From Mytilus californianus (taxonomy: Eukaryota), in contig NW_026262723.1 of the NCBI RefSeq assembly GCF_021869535.1, positions 62,434,001 to 62,498,000 on the forward strand: a stretch of DNA of 64,000 bases. The letters run 5' to 3'. Below the pieces are notes generated by a model that was not told where the DNA came from, made no database searches, and saw only the letters and a list, made by a program, of their open reading frames with translations. Positions 41,775 through 57,279 of the stretch are shown here, in pieces (the stretch's first letter is position 1; every line of letters starts with the position of its first letter). The position numbers and the translations under genes are program-made.

Positions 41775-42230
41775 TTTTTATGCCCCCGCCGTAGCGGAGG
41801 GGGGCATTAAGTTTTACCCTTGTCCGTTTGTACATACGTACGTACGCGCGTACGTACGTCCTTACGTCCCAAAATTGGTTTCCGTTCTCTAACTTTAGTT
41901 TGCCTCAACCAAATGTTATGAAACTTATACCCAATGCTTATTACCACAAAATACAGATCAAATTTGAATTTTGGTGGCGTCACTTTAACCATTTTCGAGT
42001 TATGTCCCTTTATAAATGGGGAAAAATGCCAAATTTTTAGTTTCCGTTCTCTAACTTAAGTTGCCTCAACATAACATTATGAAACCTTTACACAATACTT
42101 ATTACCACAAAACTCAGATCAAGTACAAATTTGGGTAGCGTCACTTTTATTGTTCTTGAGTTTTTATTGTCCCTTTATAATATTGTATACAAGCGGGGGC
42201 ATCGTCCATGGGGACACATTCTCCATTTAT
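41775..42230 (+). mobile_element. Family-A HINE-like element with about two array units
   Basis: ATGCCCCCGCCGTAGCGGAGGGGGGCAT head, (CGTA)n, GCGGGGGCAT at ~42193-42202, then CCATGGGGACACATTCTCCATTT. Confidence 0.85.
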
Positions 42231-42366
42231 TTCATATAGATTAGATCGTTGGTTTTCCTGTTTGAATTGTTTTACACTAGTCATTTTGGGGTCCGTTATA
42301 GCTTGCTGTTCGGTGTGAGCCAAGGCTCCGTGTTGAAGACCGTACTTTGACCTATAATTGTTAACA

Positions 42367-43510
42367 TTTTATACGACCGCAACAAATTTTGCGGTCGTAT
42401 ATTGGTATCACGTCGTCGTCGTCAGCGTCGTCCGAAGACATTTGGTTTCCGGACAATAACTTTAGTAAATGTAAATAGAAATCTATGAAATTTGAACACA
42501 CGGTTTATAACCACAAAAGGAGTTAGGTTATAGTCCTACCAGTTTAGGAATTAGGGGCCAAAAGGGGCCCAAATAAGCATTTTTCTAGTTTCCAGTCAAT
42601 AACTTGTGGAACGGTGTATGGATCTCTCTGAAATTATTCCACAAGTTTCCATACCACAAAGGGATGGTTAGGATTAGCTTTGGGGGGTTATGGCTCAAAC
42701 TGTTTACTAATTAGGGGCAAAAAAGGGGGAAAACAAAGTAAAATGTTATGTTTGGATTACCTCCCTTACACTGCTTTTAAATTATGTATAAAGAAATGTT
42801 GTATTTTCTTGAGGTGATTAGCTGTCAATTTATTTTTAGAAGTTACTATTTAAAAATGCTGAATAAAGAATATTAATTTTAGCCATGATTATGTATGTCA
42901 TTTTCTATTTTAAGACTTTTATGATGTATTTAAATGGGTAATTATGGTTGCAAACTCCATTGGAAATTTGAATTGAAATTATGACCATATCTTGAGGGAA
43001 AGAATTTTTTTTTTGGAAAAAGGGGGTAGGTGAAAAAAAATATGGGAGGGTTGGGTAAAAAAGAAATTGTGAGGGGTGGACAATTTTTTCTCATTTCAGA
43101 TTTCAGAAATTAAAAATTTCTTCAAATATATTATTTTGAAAAAAAAAGGGGGGGGGGGGGGTAAAAAGAAATTGGGGGGGGGGGGTCAATTTGCAACAGC
43201 ATAGTGTATTGCACAAAAGCAAAAAAAAGGGGGGGAATTTTTTTAATTTTTTTCGGGGGGGGGGGGGGGTCAATTCGCAACAGCAAAGTGTATTGCACAA
43301 AAGCAAAAAATAGAATATAAATTCAAATCATATAACCAATTCTAAGTTCTTTGACTACAGTTATTCTGTGTCAGAAACCTATTATGTGTCAAATATTTAA
43401 TTACAATCCAAATTCAGACCTGTATCAAGCGCGAATATTGTGTCCTTTTTGCCCCAACTGTTCAGGGTTAGACCTCTGCGGTCGTATCCAGCTGCGCTCG
43501 GCGAAGCAAT
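42367..43510 (+). mobile_element. Family-B HINE-like element inserted in a copy of the abundant interspersed repeat
   Basis: Perfect hairpin ATACGACCGC-AACAAATTTT-GCGGTCGTAT at 42371-42400; 3' GCGGTCGTAT at 43478-43487; the host repeat continues on both sides (42240-42366 and 43511-43575). Confidence 0.8.
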
Positions 43511-45662
43511 TTATTATACATTGTGACTTGGATGGAGAGTTGCCTCATTGGCACTCATACCACATCTAAGTTCTTATTTATATTTTTTAAATGGTTTCCT
43601 CAAATAATAATTTAATCGTTGGAAAACCAAGTCAATACAATTCATATTACAAATATTGCAGAGATTCAAAACTTGTTTATCTTTGATTTAACTAAAATAA
43701 GAAAATATAAAAAGGCGTTAAGGCTAGATGGTAGCTGAACTTGTGAGGATAATTTTCTAGGTAAGCAACACTGTAGTCAATATAATTAAGGATGTTCTCG
43801 GTTATTAGACATTTCGAAACCATCGTTTTTCTGATTACATGTGTTTTTTCAAACTTTACATCAGATGAAATAAAATACGCATAAAAAAGTCCGTTAGAAT
43901 GGTAAAAATTGATGCAAACCCCACATTTTGTCCTTTGCTTTGCTGATTCCTATGAATAAAATTTGTCTCCAAACTACGATTCAGTATTCATGATTCAACG
44001 ATAAAATCTTCATAGAATTTTGTCACTATTGAATGCGAGACAGGGGTGTTAATCCGGCGGCGGCGGCGGCGGCGACAGAGTAAACTATTCGTATATATAA
44101 GGCATCATTTTTTCAGAAGGTAGATTTTTTTTCTATCAGAGGTTTCTAAATTAGAGGAGCTACTAAACCAAGAGTTCCAAGAGGTGAAGTAGTAATCGTC
44201 CCTTCGAAAATGTTACAGATAACGACGGATATGTTCCAATTGTCATAACCACAGTGACCTACCGAATTAGTCTAAGACATATCAGTGGGTTTGTACTTGC
44301 ATGAGCAACACGACGGGTGCAACATATGGAGCAGAATCTGCTTATTATCCGGAGCACCTGAGATCACATCCGGTTTTTGGTAGAGGTAGACTTAAGATTT
44401 GAATATCCCTTTGGTTTTTTTCGCCTGTCGATTTCAAATAAGAGCCATTTTTACTTCCAAAATTGACCTAAAATAAGCACGTGCAGTCCTAGATGTTACA
44501 TTTAATATGTAAATAAAATTTAACTTCTGAGTTACCTCGGCCAATCAAAATAACGGAATCGTATGAAACTTCTACGTAATGTAATTATAATGTATAATGT
44601 ATTAAATTATGAAATCAAAATACCAATTTCAATTTTAATTCGTCTGACGCATAATTATCTCTTGTTGTGTAAAAATATAAACAACCCTCAAAGCATTAAT
44701 TGTAGCCAAATATTGATCTACTTTCTGTATTTTCTAAATCTCATCTATTATAAATATACAGTGAAGATTAATCAATAATGAAAATACTTAAATTTGGTTA
44801 AAAAACCAACAAAGGGTCAAATATCACACGGGCATTCCAGCTGTTCCTGTTTCTTTTTAGCAAGGACGCTATAAATTATAAATTCACTAGAAAACATTTT
44901 GGTAAATTGAAATAAAAAATAAATTTCCATATAATGTTTTAATTTCCCTCTAAAAAATAGCAAACGACGAGTACAGCAGGCCATACATCTATGATCAGGC
45001 TATATATAGGAGCTTTGTGTAAAATTGGTTTAAAATGTTCTATGCGAATAAATTCCTGGAGAAACAACTTTATTTTGTTTTTTTTTACTTGATGTATACC
45101 TCTCTGGAACATGCCAATTATCCATATATGTATAAAGATAGATCAGAGAAGTTCAGGGAAAAATTTCCAAAGGAATCAATTGATATGCAGCAAAGATTAA
45201 CACTTACAATTAAGTTACTAAGCAAATTCAAACGGACCTTATCCCTTATCGAGAAGACTGCAAATACATGTATAGAAATCGAGACGATCTTTTCTTAAAA
45301 TGGTATAACAAAAATTTTAAAAAAATCGTTTAACGGATAACTTACTGAATGAAATATTTATCTTTAGTTTTGAACCTGAACAGAAACTCCTATTGAAAAA
45401 ATGAGCAGACCGGTATACTCGAAAACTTAGATGTGAAAAATAGGTATATTTTTGGAAAATGTAAAATGATAAGGACTATGTGAAAAACTACATTTTTAAA
45501 AATTGGTGACCTTAAAGATCTTTAGATTTTGAATGTACATGATATTTTTTCCAATTTTTTTTATCAATATGCATCTATGATCAACATTTTTGAAATGCCA
45601 GTTTCACAAGCTTCTGATGCAATTATCGCGATAAATAATGAACATAAAACATCGTTTATTTA

Positions 45663-47382
45663 GGGGAGAGTGGGGTAAGTGGACATGTGTGGTAAGTGGT
45701 CACCGCGTTAGTTATTTCCGGTGGCTGTCTGAATGCGAGTTGTCTTCCATCGGACACGTAGTCGATCAAAACAACGGACAAAGACAAAGAAAAGTTGACA
45801 GGTAAATTGAAGGTCAATGCACCGTAGCAGTTGATATTCATGCATATTATTTTTTTGCTGGTTGCGATAATGGAAGTTAGAGATAATTAGTATGTCTAAT
45901 GAATCATGCGTTTGTTTTTATGACATAACACAAAGAAAGGTGTCTCGTTTGGCGACAAACGTTCGTGAATGCATACTTGAGATTCTCAAAACGTCAAATA
46001 TGCCTTAAAATGAGACTTTCAATGATGCTTTTGAAAGTACAATGGCATAAAAAATACACAACTAGCTGAATGAAAACATCCTGCTTCTGGAATATGGCGG
46101 CGTACATGTCGTATACCCGCCAGATATGTACGTTTCTCTAAATTGTCTTTTACAATAAATGTTTGTGGGATTCCGTTGAAAATAACTTGACTTGATCTAA
46201 CTTGGATGTCAATAACATGTTAGATTGGATACATCCCAAAGAGCTCGAAAATCTGATAAAAGTTACTAATACTAGCCAATGTCTGTAAAACAATATTTGT
46301 TTCCCGCAATCTTCATGGTTTTAAGTCTGTATATCGACGCCAGTCTCAGGTCTAAAATATATAGCGTATAAAACACTCATATAAAACAATACAACCTACA
46401 TCTTTTTTATTTCAGCAAAATGGCTAGAAAGAAAAAGGGATGGACTCCAAAGCAAGGAAAGATGCCAAAAGAGGGTCTTATAGAAGCGGTTCGCCAAGTA
46501 AAGAGTGGGAGCATGTCTAAATTAAAAGCATCAAAGATATATAATATACCAAGAACAACATTACTTCGGAGACTGAAAACTATGGACCTGGATTCACCAG
46601 CAACAAAACCCACAGTACTTGCTATAAAGGATGAAGAAGCTCTGGTCGGGCATATACTAAGAATGGAGGAAAGAGGGTTTGGTTTGTCCATCACAGATGT
46701 CCGAAAGCTAGCCTACGAGATAGCCGTGAGGTCGAGGAGAAAGCATTGTTTTAACAATGATAAGAAAAGTGCCGGATATGATTGGTGGCAAGGGTTTAGA
46801 GATCGACATCCATGTTTATCTGTACGCATACCAGAGGGTCTTAGCGCAGCCCGCAGTTCAATGCTGAATCCAAATGTCACCTCAGCTTACTTTCAAAAGC
46901 TTGGAAGTTTCATGGATAAACTGAACATTAAGGATAAGCCCCAGCAAATTTTTAATGCGGATGAGACTGGCTTGAGTACCGTACATGATCCATCAAAGGT
47001 TGTCGGTAAAAGAGGCAAAAAGAGTGTTCACTCCAAAACAAGCGGAGAACGAGGCGAAAATGTAACCGCGTTATGCTGTGTGAATGCAGAGGCAAGAGTT
47101 CTACCACCAATGCTCATCTTTAAGGGACAAAGAGTAAGCCAAGCATTGATGGGCAATGCACCAGCAAACACATTATTTGCATGCAGTAAGAGTTCATTTA
47201 TTGATTCAGATTTATTCAGTAATTGGTTTCAAAAGCTGTTTATACCTAATCTGCCTCCTCAGAGACCTGTTCTGCTCATACTGGATGGACATTCTTCACA
47301 CAAACAGTGGATCTGTTGGAAACAGCCGTATCTAATCAGATAGAAATGTTCTATCTTCCTCCTCATACTACGCACTGGACAC
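45663..47382 (+). mobile_element. 3'-truncated pogo/Tigger-like DNA transposon
   Basis: TA|GGGGAGAGTGGGGTAAG candidate left TIR with a GGTAAGTGG sub-repeat; transposase ORF downstream; no matching right TIR found. Confidence 0.65.
46420..47382 (+). pseudogene. pogo/Tigger-like transposase (psq-type HTH, CENP-B-type HTH, partial DDE_1), frameshifted and truncated
   Basis: ASKIYNIPRTTL, GYDWWQGFRDRHP, FNADETG and LILDGHSSH. A 1-nt loss near 47303 shifts the frame, which continues as TVDLLETAVSNQIEMFYLPPHTTHWT and breaks off before the expected QPLD. Confidence 0.9.
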
Positions 47383-47589
47383 ATATATGTATATTTCTAA
47401 TAACACAGTTTAACAAATAACTTCTTTTAAATGAACAATTGGTGTTTATTAGAAATAACTTTTGATCAGTATCGTCACCGGCATTGTTTTACTATTGATT
47501 TTCTCGACTTTTCGTAAGAAGAGTGACTTTTGTTCTCGTTCATAAGTTTTGCCACTGACATAGCTGCACACAAGCATTTCACTGGCTTT

Positions 47590-48885
47590 CTTTTTTAGTC
47601 GAGTTATTCTCATCACTTTGCGTCCGTCGTCGTCCGTTAACTTTTACAAAAATCTTCTCCACTGAAACTGCAAGGCCAATTGGAACCAAACTTTGCCACA
47701 ATCATCATTGGTGTATATTGTTAAAAAAAGTCACTGTGTTCAATGATCTCGCCTTCCGACCAACATTGCTAGACGACTTCTTGTAGGAGTAACTGCCCTT
47801 AAATGACGAATTTTACCTTTTTTTCATTTTTGCCTATTATCAAGAAAACTATAACAGAAATTATCAGCAAGACAAGATATACATATAGGACAACATGGTC
47901 GAAATCGTCAGTTGGCTCCTCATATATAGGAGTTATTGTCCTTTAATGACGATCGATTTTTACCATTTTTTGTGTTTTGGTATATTATCTTGAAAACAAT
48001 AATAGATAGATAGATAGAAACTTGAATCAACAAAAATTATCAACATGACAAGATCTACAAATACGTCAATGATTGTTATGATTTTTAAACGTTATGGCAT
48101 ATTATTTTGAAAACTCTTATTGATAGAGCGAAACTTTAAAAAGCAAAAATGATCGACATGACAAATCTACAAATTAGTCAAATTGCAGAAATCGTTGCCT
48201 ATTAAATATAGATTTAAAATTGAGAATGGAAATGGGGAATGTGTCAAAGAGACAACAGCCGAAGGCCACCAATATGGGTCTTCAATGCAGCGAGAAACTC
48301 CCGCACCCGGAGGCGTCCTTCAGCTGGCCCCTAAACAAATATGTTTACTAGTTCAGTGATAATGGACGTCATACTAAACTCCAAATTATACTCAAGAAAC
48401 TAAAATTAAAAATGATACAAGACTAACAGAGGCCAGAGGCTCCTGGCTTGGGACAGGCGCAAAAATGCGGTGGGGTTAAACATGTTTTTTGAGATCTCAA
48501 CCCTCCCCTATACAAGACAAAGATAGACATATACGTCAATATAGCCAAAATTGTCATTCAACTCCTTAATAAGAGTTATTGCCCTTAAATGACGATTGAT
48601 TTTTACGAATTCTTTATGTTTTGCCTATTCTCTTGAAACTATAATAGATAGATCGTAACTTTAAAAATCAAAAAAGGTGAGCTGGAAAGGGTTTACGATA
48701 TGTATTTGGGATATCAAATATATTTAGTAGAAAGAGAGAATTATAGTAAACAGCAATACATGATCAACAATAGAAAGATTTTAGTCGAATTATATTCTAA
48801 TCTATACTGTTGGCAAGTGGCCAATTTTGAAGATGCATATATATCCAGGTAAGCGAGACAGGCTCTGTGGAGCCTCCAGTTCAGC
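47590..48885 (+). mobile_element. Degraded HINE-like element (family D/E) containing an inserted repeat at ~48215-48510
   Basis: GCGTCCGTCGTCGTCCG microsatellite, GGAGTTATTGCCCTT-type units and a 3' GGTAAGCGAGACAGGCTC-TGTG-GAGCCTCCAGTT end. Confidence 0.65.
48215..48510. repeat. Interspersed repeat starting AAAATTGAGAATGGAAATGGGGAATGTGTCAAAGAGACAAC
   Basis: Its start matches 23280-23362 in reverse complement; its end shares a module with the 6290-6850 family. Confidence 0.7.
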
Positions 48886-48990
48886 TTCTTTGTGAAGTTT
48901 AGTCCAGAAAAGTGTTCGGACTGACCAAAATAAAGTGGTTCTATTATTTTATTTGTTATCTAATCATCTTCTTCAGAAGGGTCTTAATTA

Positions 48991-49220
48991 TGACGAATAA
49001 TGGTAAAAAAATCTTGTCAAATGACGTTAACGGTAACTTTTGGTGTATGACGATAAAAATCGACATATTTTGACGAATCACTTTAAATTCTTTCCAAAAA
49101 TAAGGGTAACGGATAATTGTTTGAGACCTCTGACGAATCGCGAAAAGGATATTTTGACGAATCACGATAAGGACATTTTGACGAATCACGATAACATTTT
49201 AACCAATTTGACGCTGACGG
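48991..49220 (+). repeat. Cluster of nine co-oriented TGACG motifs, partly with 24-bp periodicity
   Basis: TGACG at 48991, 49022, 49048, 49071, 49131, 49155, 49179, 49209 and 49215; five are TGACGAAT. Confidence 0.8.
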
Positions 49221-50288
49221 TAAAGGGCACTCATAACCTACTTCATACAGGGACATAGTGTCAAACCACATTATTTTCTATAAATTAATAACATGGATCT
49301 TCTACTCTTTGAAATATTAAAAAGAGTAATACTGAGACATTTATTATCTTCATCTAGCAGATTTTAATACATCTTTCATTTTCATTTTCAAAAGAAAGTA
49401 GTTGGTGCTTTAATACAAGATCGTTCTGTGAAACAATACGCAATAGGTCAACTACTTTGGTGTTTTGGTTGATTGTAAGATAAACATGTCCGTTTGGCAG
49501 GGTGGGCCAACGTTAAGATTTGTTGTTAAGTCCGTTTCTCATACACTTTAAGAGACAGGTCAACCATATTTGCATATATAATGCTTGTAATATGTACTTG
49601 TTCGTCTTGTCGGGTTTAATTTACTGACATTGGCCTCATTTTCATTTATCCTTGATAAAAGTCATCTTCGATAGTCGAGGGTAACGATACAGTTCCCAGG
49701 CTATCGAAGATGTGATAAAGTTAAGTTTATGTGATACGTGCAGTAAAACATTATTTTTGAGATTCATCCATGATCAGTAAAGCAGGCGAGACACTTTAGT
49801 GTGTACGCTCTTGTTTTTTTTCCCATTTTATACGATGGCATTTAAAAGGTTTAATCAGACTATCCACTCAGATTCTTGAATATTTTTCTCTAAATTATAC
49901 TGAATTAAGAATGAACAAAAGTATATCATTGTTATGTAAATTGTACAGTAACTTTTGATAACATTTTGATATACTTACACTAAACGATTACATTATTTGA
50001 AATTGTTTTTTATACTTTACAAACGAAGTTCATTTTATTCTTTTGAACTTCTCACATAACAGATAGCATATATATGGGTTTTAAGTTTCGTTGGATTGCA
50101 TCTAATATTTTCATAAGAAATGTTACGGAGGTATGGTGCTAACATAACTATTAACCGGACCGATCTAAACCTGTATACTTACTGATTTTTTTTTTAATTT
50201 CAAAAGTTAACAAGAATACTGAAGTTATTGAAGGAAACAAAGTAATTTTCAATTTAAACGTTTTTGCAATTTTCATATTCACGTCACT

Positions 50289-51367
50289 ATTGTCTCGCCG
50301 CAAAGTGCGAGACTTTGGCATGCTAATGCGGCGCCGTACACTATATATATATATATGTATGTATAAAGCTTTATATTTTAGAAGATCTGGATGCTTCAAA
50401 TCTTTTTAGTGTTGAGTCGACTGCTTAAAAAACATAGTTTTTGTCACATCAAATTCTAGATTATGAAAAATATGACTATTTATGGTATATGTGATCCTTG
50501 CAAGAATTGCAAAGTTGCATGTCCGTCAGAAGGGATTCACCTGATCTTGGTCTCATTTTATGGATCAGTGGTAAAGGTTAAGTGTTTGTGGTTTTTTCTG
50601 TTTCTCACTCAGATACTACAAGCAATAGGTGAACTATATTTGGTACATGAAACGACTATTAAGTGTAAATGTATGTCTGGCAGGTTTGATCCGACCTCAA
50701 CCTCGTTTTCATGGTTTGTGCCGTTTCTAATATACTATAAGCATTAGGTTAACTATATTTGGTGTATGGACTGATTATCAAGTGTACATGTTTGTCGGAC
50801 AGGTTTCTTCTGATCTTGACCCAATTTTCATGGTTCACTATTGAGTTTGTGTGTTTTTGGTCAGTTTCTCGGATACTATAGCTCAACTATAATTGGTATT
50901 TGGAATTGTAAGTTGTACACGTCTGTTTGACAGGTTTCACCCAACCTTGACATCATTATCATGGTTCATTGGTAAACGTTAAGATTATGTGGAATTTTGT
51001 TTTGTTTCCGATATTATAAGCAATGGGTGTACTATAGTTGGTGTATGCAATGATTGTACGTTGTGCATGTCTGTCTGCCAGGTTTCATCCGACCTTGAAC
51101 GGATGCTCATTAATCATCGGGCTATGCTAAGTTTTTGTTTTTGTCAGTTTCTCCGATACTATATATAAGCAATATATTAACTAATTTTGTTGTATATGTA
51201 ATGATTACAAGGTGCTTGTATGGTTCATTTAAAGTTGTGATTTTTTTCATGGTTCATTGTTCAATGTTAAATTTATAAAGTTTAGTTTTTTTGTGATGCA
51301 TGCAGTAAAACCTCTATCTTTAAAAATTCCAACAAACATTCGAGACGTTTCAGCGTGTGCACTCTTG
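50289..51367 (+). mobile_element. Degraded family-F HINE-like element
   Basis: Head TTGTCTCGCCGCAAAGTGCGAGAC, about five diverged ~148-bp units and a 3' CGAGACGTTTCAGCGTGTGCACTCTTG end. Confidence 0.75.
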
Positions 51368-51971
51368 ATGAATTTCAAAATAGTGTTTGATTGCGGTTTC
51401 ATTTATATCTGCTTTATTCACGTTGTTAGATTTTTAAAATACGCAACAAACATGCATCTCTAAAACTAACAAGAGTTGCTGCTTTATTTATTCGTCATAC
51501 CTAAGATTACCATAGCCGATTCTAGTTTGAAACATCTTCACCCTTAATGGAATATACAAACACTACTTGAATGCATTTCCTCATTCATCTCCAACTCATT
51601 AAGACTGAACTTGAGATTACCTTGGAAATTTCAGTTTCTGGTGTTAATTATTATTATTATGCTTAAAAGCCTTGCAGCAACCCTTCATTTGTATGGAATT
51701 AACGCCATTTCTAGCTTCTGTTCGTCTTCCACCCAATAAAAATATGTTTTGATGTTACCCATTTTTATAGAATAATATACCGAAAAAATGACAACATTAT
51801 AACTTTAGGTATTTCTATTCTTTTTACTTGATAATTTGGTTTTCTTCTTTGGTGTTAAGATATATAAAATAAACATTCTACTCCTGAAATTTGTTTAAAA
51901 AGTTCCTGAGACAAGAATTAACAACAACCAAAAGGTGACTTTGTGTCATATCTAAGATTTTAAGAAAATGT

Positions 51972-54950
<2,979 letters not shown>

Positions 54951-55003
54951 GATTTTTTGTTGATATGTAGAAGATTAAGATTTTTTAGAAAAAAGTCTCA
55001 CGT

Positions 55004-55153
55004 CTGACCGGTAACGAGTCTGATTGTGAGTATAATTTCTGTGCTTGTGACGTTGAAAGTTAGACCGAAGGATTTTGTAGAAAGTGTAACAATATCCCAG
55101 CTCACTGATTGGTTAAAAACTTCACAAGCTGGTACACGAAGCGATTTTATTGG
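55004..55153 (-). promoter_or_regulatory. Candidate TATA-less promoter of gene D with two CCAAT boxes
   Basis: CCAAT on the minus strand at 55108-55112 and 55149-55153 (41 nt apart); GACTCGTTACCGGTCAG at 55020-55004; no clear TATA box. Confidence 0.5.
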
Positions 55154-57279
55154 TCATTAAAAAGTTTTTATTTAAACAAATTTACAGGTAACCTAAAAAC
55201 ACGCGGTTTCTTCGCAACTTTGTTTCTACCTGTTTGAATTGAAATACAAAGCGTCATCTTTTAAAAATAATATATTCCCTTCGTTAAAATTTATCGCGAT
55301 TTAAAACCAAAAATATAAAAGTGTAAGTTTAATATTCCGTTAAATTTAATGAATCATTTCAGATAGCTTACTGAACCTTACATATCAAACGAGTACATAT
55401 ATATAGATATGTGTGGTAATGAGACGACGGTTTCGAATTTCCAACATTTTATGAGAAATGAATAAAAACCCTTGTTCATGAAAATCCAATACGGACCCCC
55501 CCTCAGTAACGCTGATACAAAAAGGACGAAAATGAATTAATTCAATCCAAGTCAAATCAAGTAATTATTGTATTACCATTAATTAAACACTAGACTTAGG
55601 TTTGTGACAAAAATAAAATTGAATAACACTGAAGTTGAACATATAACCATATGACAATATCAAAAGGTCTCCCAACCTCCCAAACGAAACTGTTGCTTTA
55701 ATTTGACGGTGAGATGTGAGGTTAGAGTTTGTTTCATCTTAAAATAAAAAAAAATAAAGAAGTTCTTGTGTATATAGTTTTATATCCTTAACATAGTTCT
55801 TTCGATTTTCTTCAGATTAATGTCAAGTAACTCAAATTAAATGTAATCAATGTTCTTATTCCGATGGTATTGACATAGACATATATACACATACACATAT
55901 GTACATGTGTATGTAAAAAAATGTGTCTCTGGTATTGAGTTGTACTAAAAGTAGATGTACAGGTTTGGTCTGGCCCCTTTTTATAAAGCATCAAATACGG
56001 TTAGTGCATAGAAACCTTCTCAGTTCGATGGCATTATTTATGTTAGATATAGAAGAGCAATACCGAAAATCACATTTTATTTGTATTTTGGTAACAAATA
56101 TGAATTTAGACAGTCTGATATGAACCAAATACTAGCCGTAATTAACTTTAATAAGACCAAGTACAACGATATTTTACCAGAGACATATATTTACTAATCA
56201 TTTAACAAAAAAATGCCAAATCTCTGCAAGGAAAGTAGCTACGGAAAAGAATGCTGTCATTCCACTTTCAAATGAAAGTAAAGAACAGGGAAGGAGATAT
56301 AAAAGACGAGAGGGGAAGCTGAACAGCAGAGGGGAAGAATGAAGAAAGGAAAAAACTCCACCCTATTCTCCACATAAATGGATTGTTTCCTTTTTGCTTA
56401 TCTTCTTTCTTCTAGATCGACCACTAAACCAAATCTCCTTTTTCAACTGACAATTTCCTCGTTTTCCGGCATATTTAGCAAGGAATTATAGAGATTCATC
56501 TAGCCAGAGACATATATCTTAACGACAACTGGATTACAATACAAGAATGTTCTGTTCTCTCACTGAATGACATTGAATATAACAAAATTTAGAAGAGTGT
56601 TAATATATATACTTGACATTAGAAGTAAAATGTTCATTTTGATCCACCATAAGTGCAAATGATCTCGTTAGAATAATTTACACATGAGACATGTCTAAGC
56701 AACAAGAAACAAACAAAAAATTTGATCCTTACAAGATAAATGATTTAAAATTTGTCAATAACTCAAAGATATCAATAGTCTATATTCATAGATGTAACCT
56801 TATTAACATAGGTTTAAAGAGGTGTTGAAATTTAAATGACGAGATTAAACGACACTCCGTTGATTAAAACATTTCCATTTGTTATGTGTTTGTTGGATGT
56901 TTGTATACAAAAAGTGTTGACAATATAGTTTATCTGGTTTAACCCGGACCATTGGCTTGAATAATCATGCATCTATATAGTTTAACTGATAATTAAAAAT
57001 CGTTGAACATCTTAGTTATCTGATCACGAATAAGAATTAGTGTGAAAAAAGGATAAATCAACCTTATGTAGCAAACTTATGAGATAATTTTTCGATGAAG
57101 CAAATCTTTAGAACAAATATTTCCCACGAAGTTTTAAGTGTAATGGCATTCACGCCGAAGTATATTTTTTTTAAACCAATTATCACAGTAACCAAAAAGA
57201 ACTCATTATGGACAATACAAAAACCATCTCTGGCCTTTTAGACTGTCTCTAACTCTCGAAAAAGTAAGACTTAGGCGTG

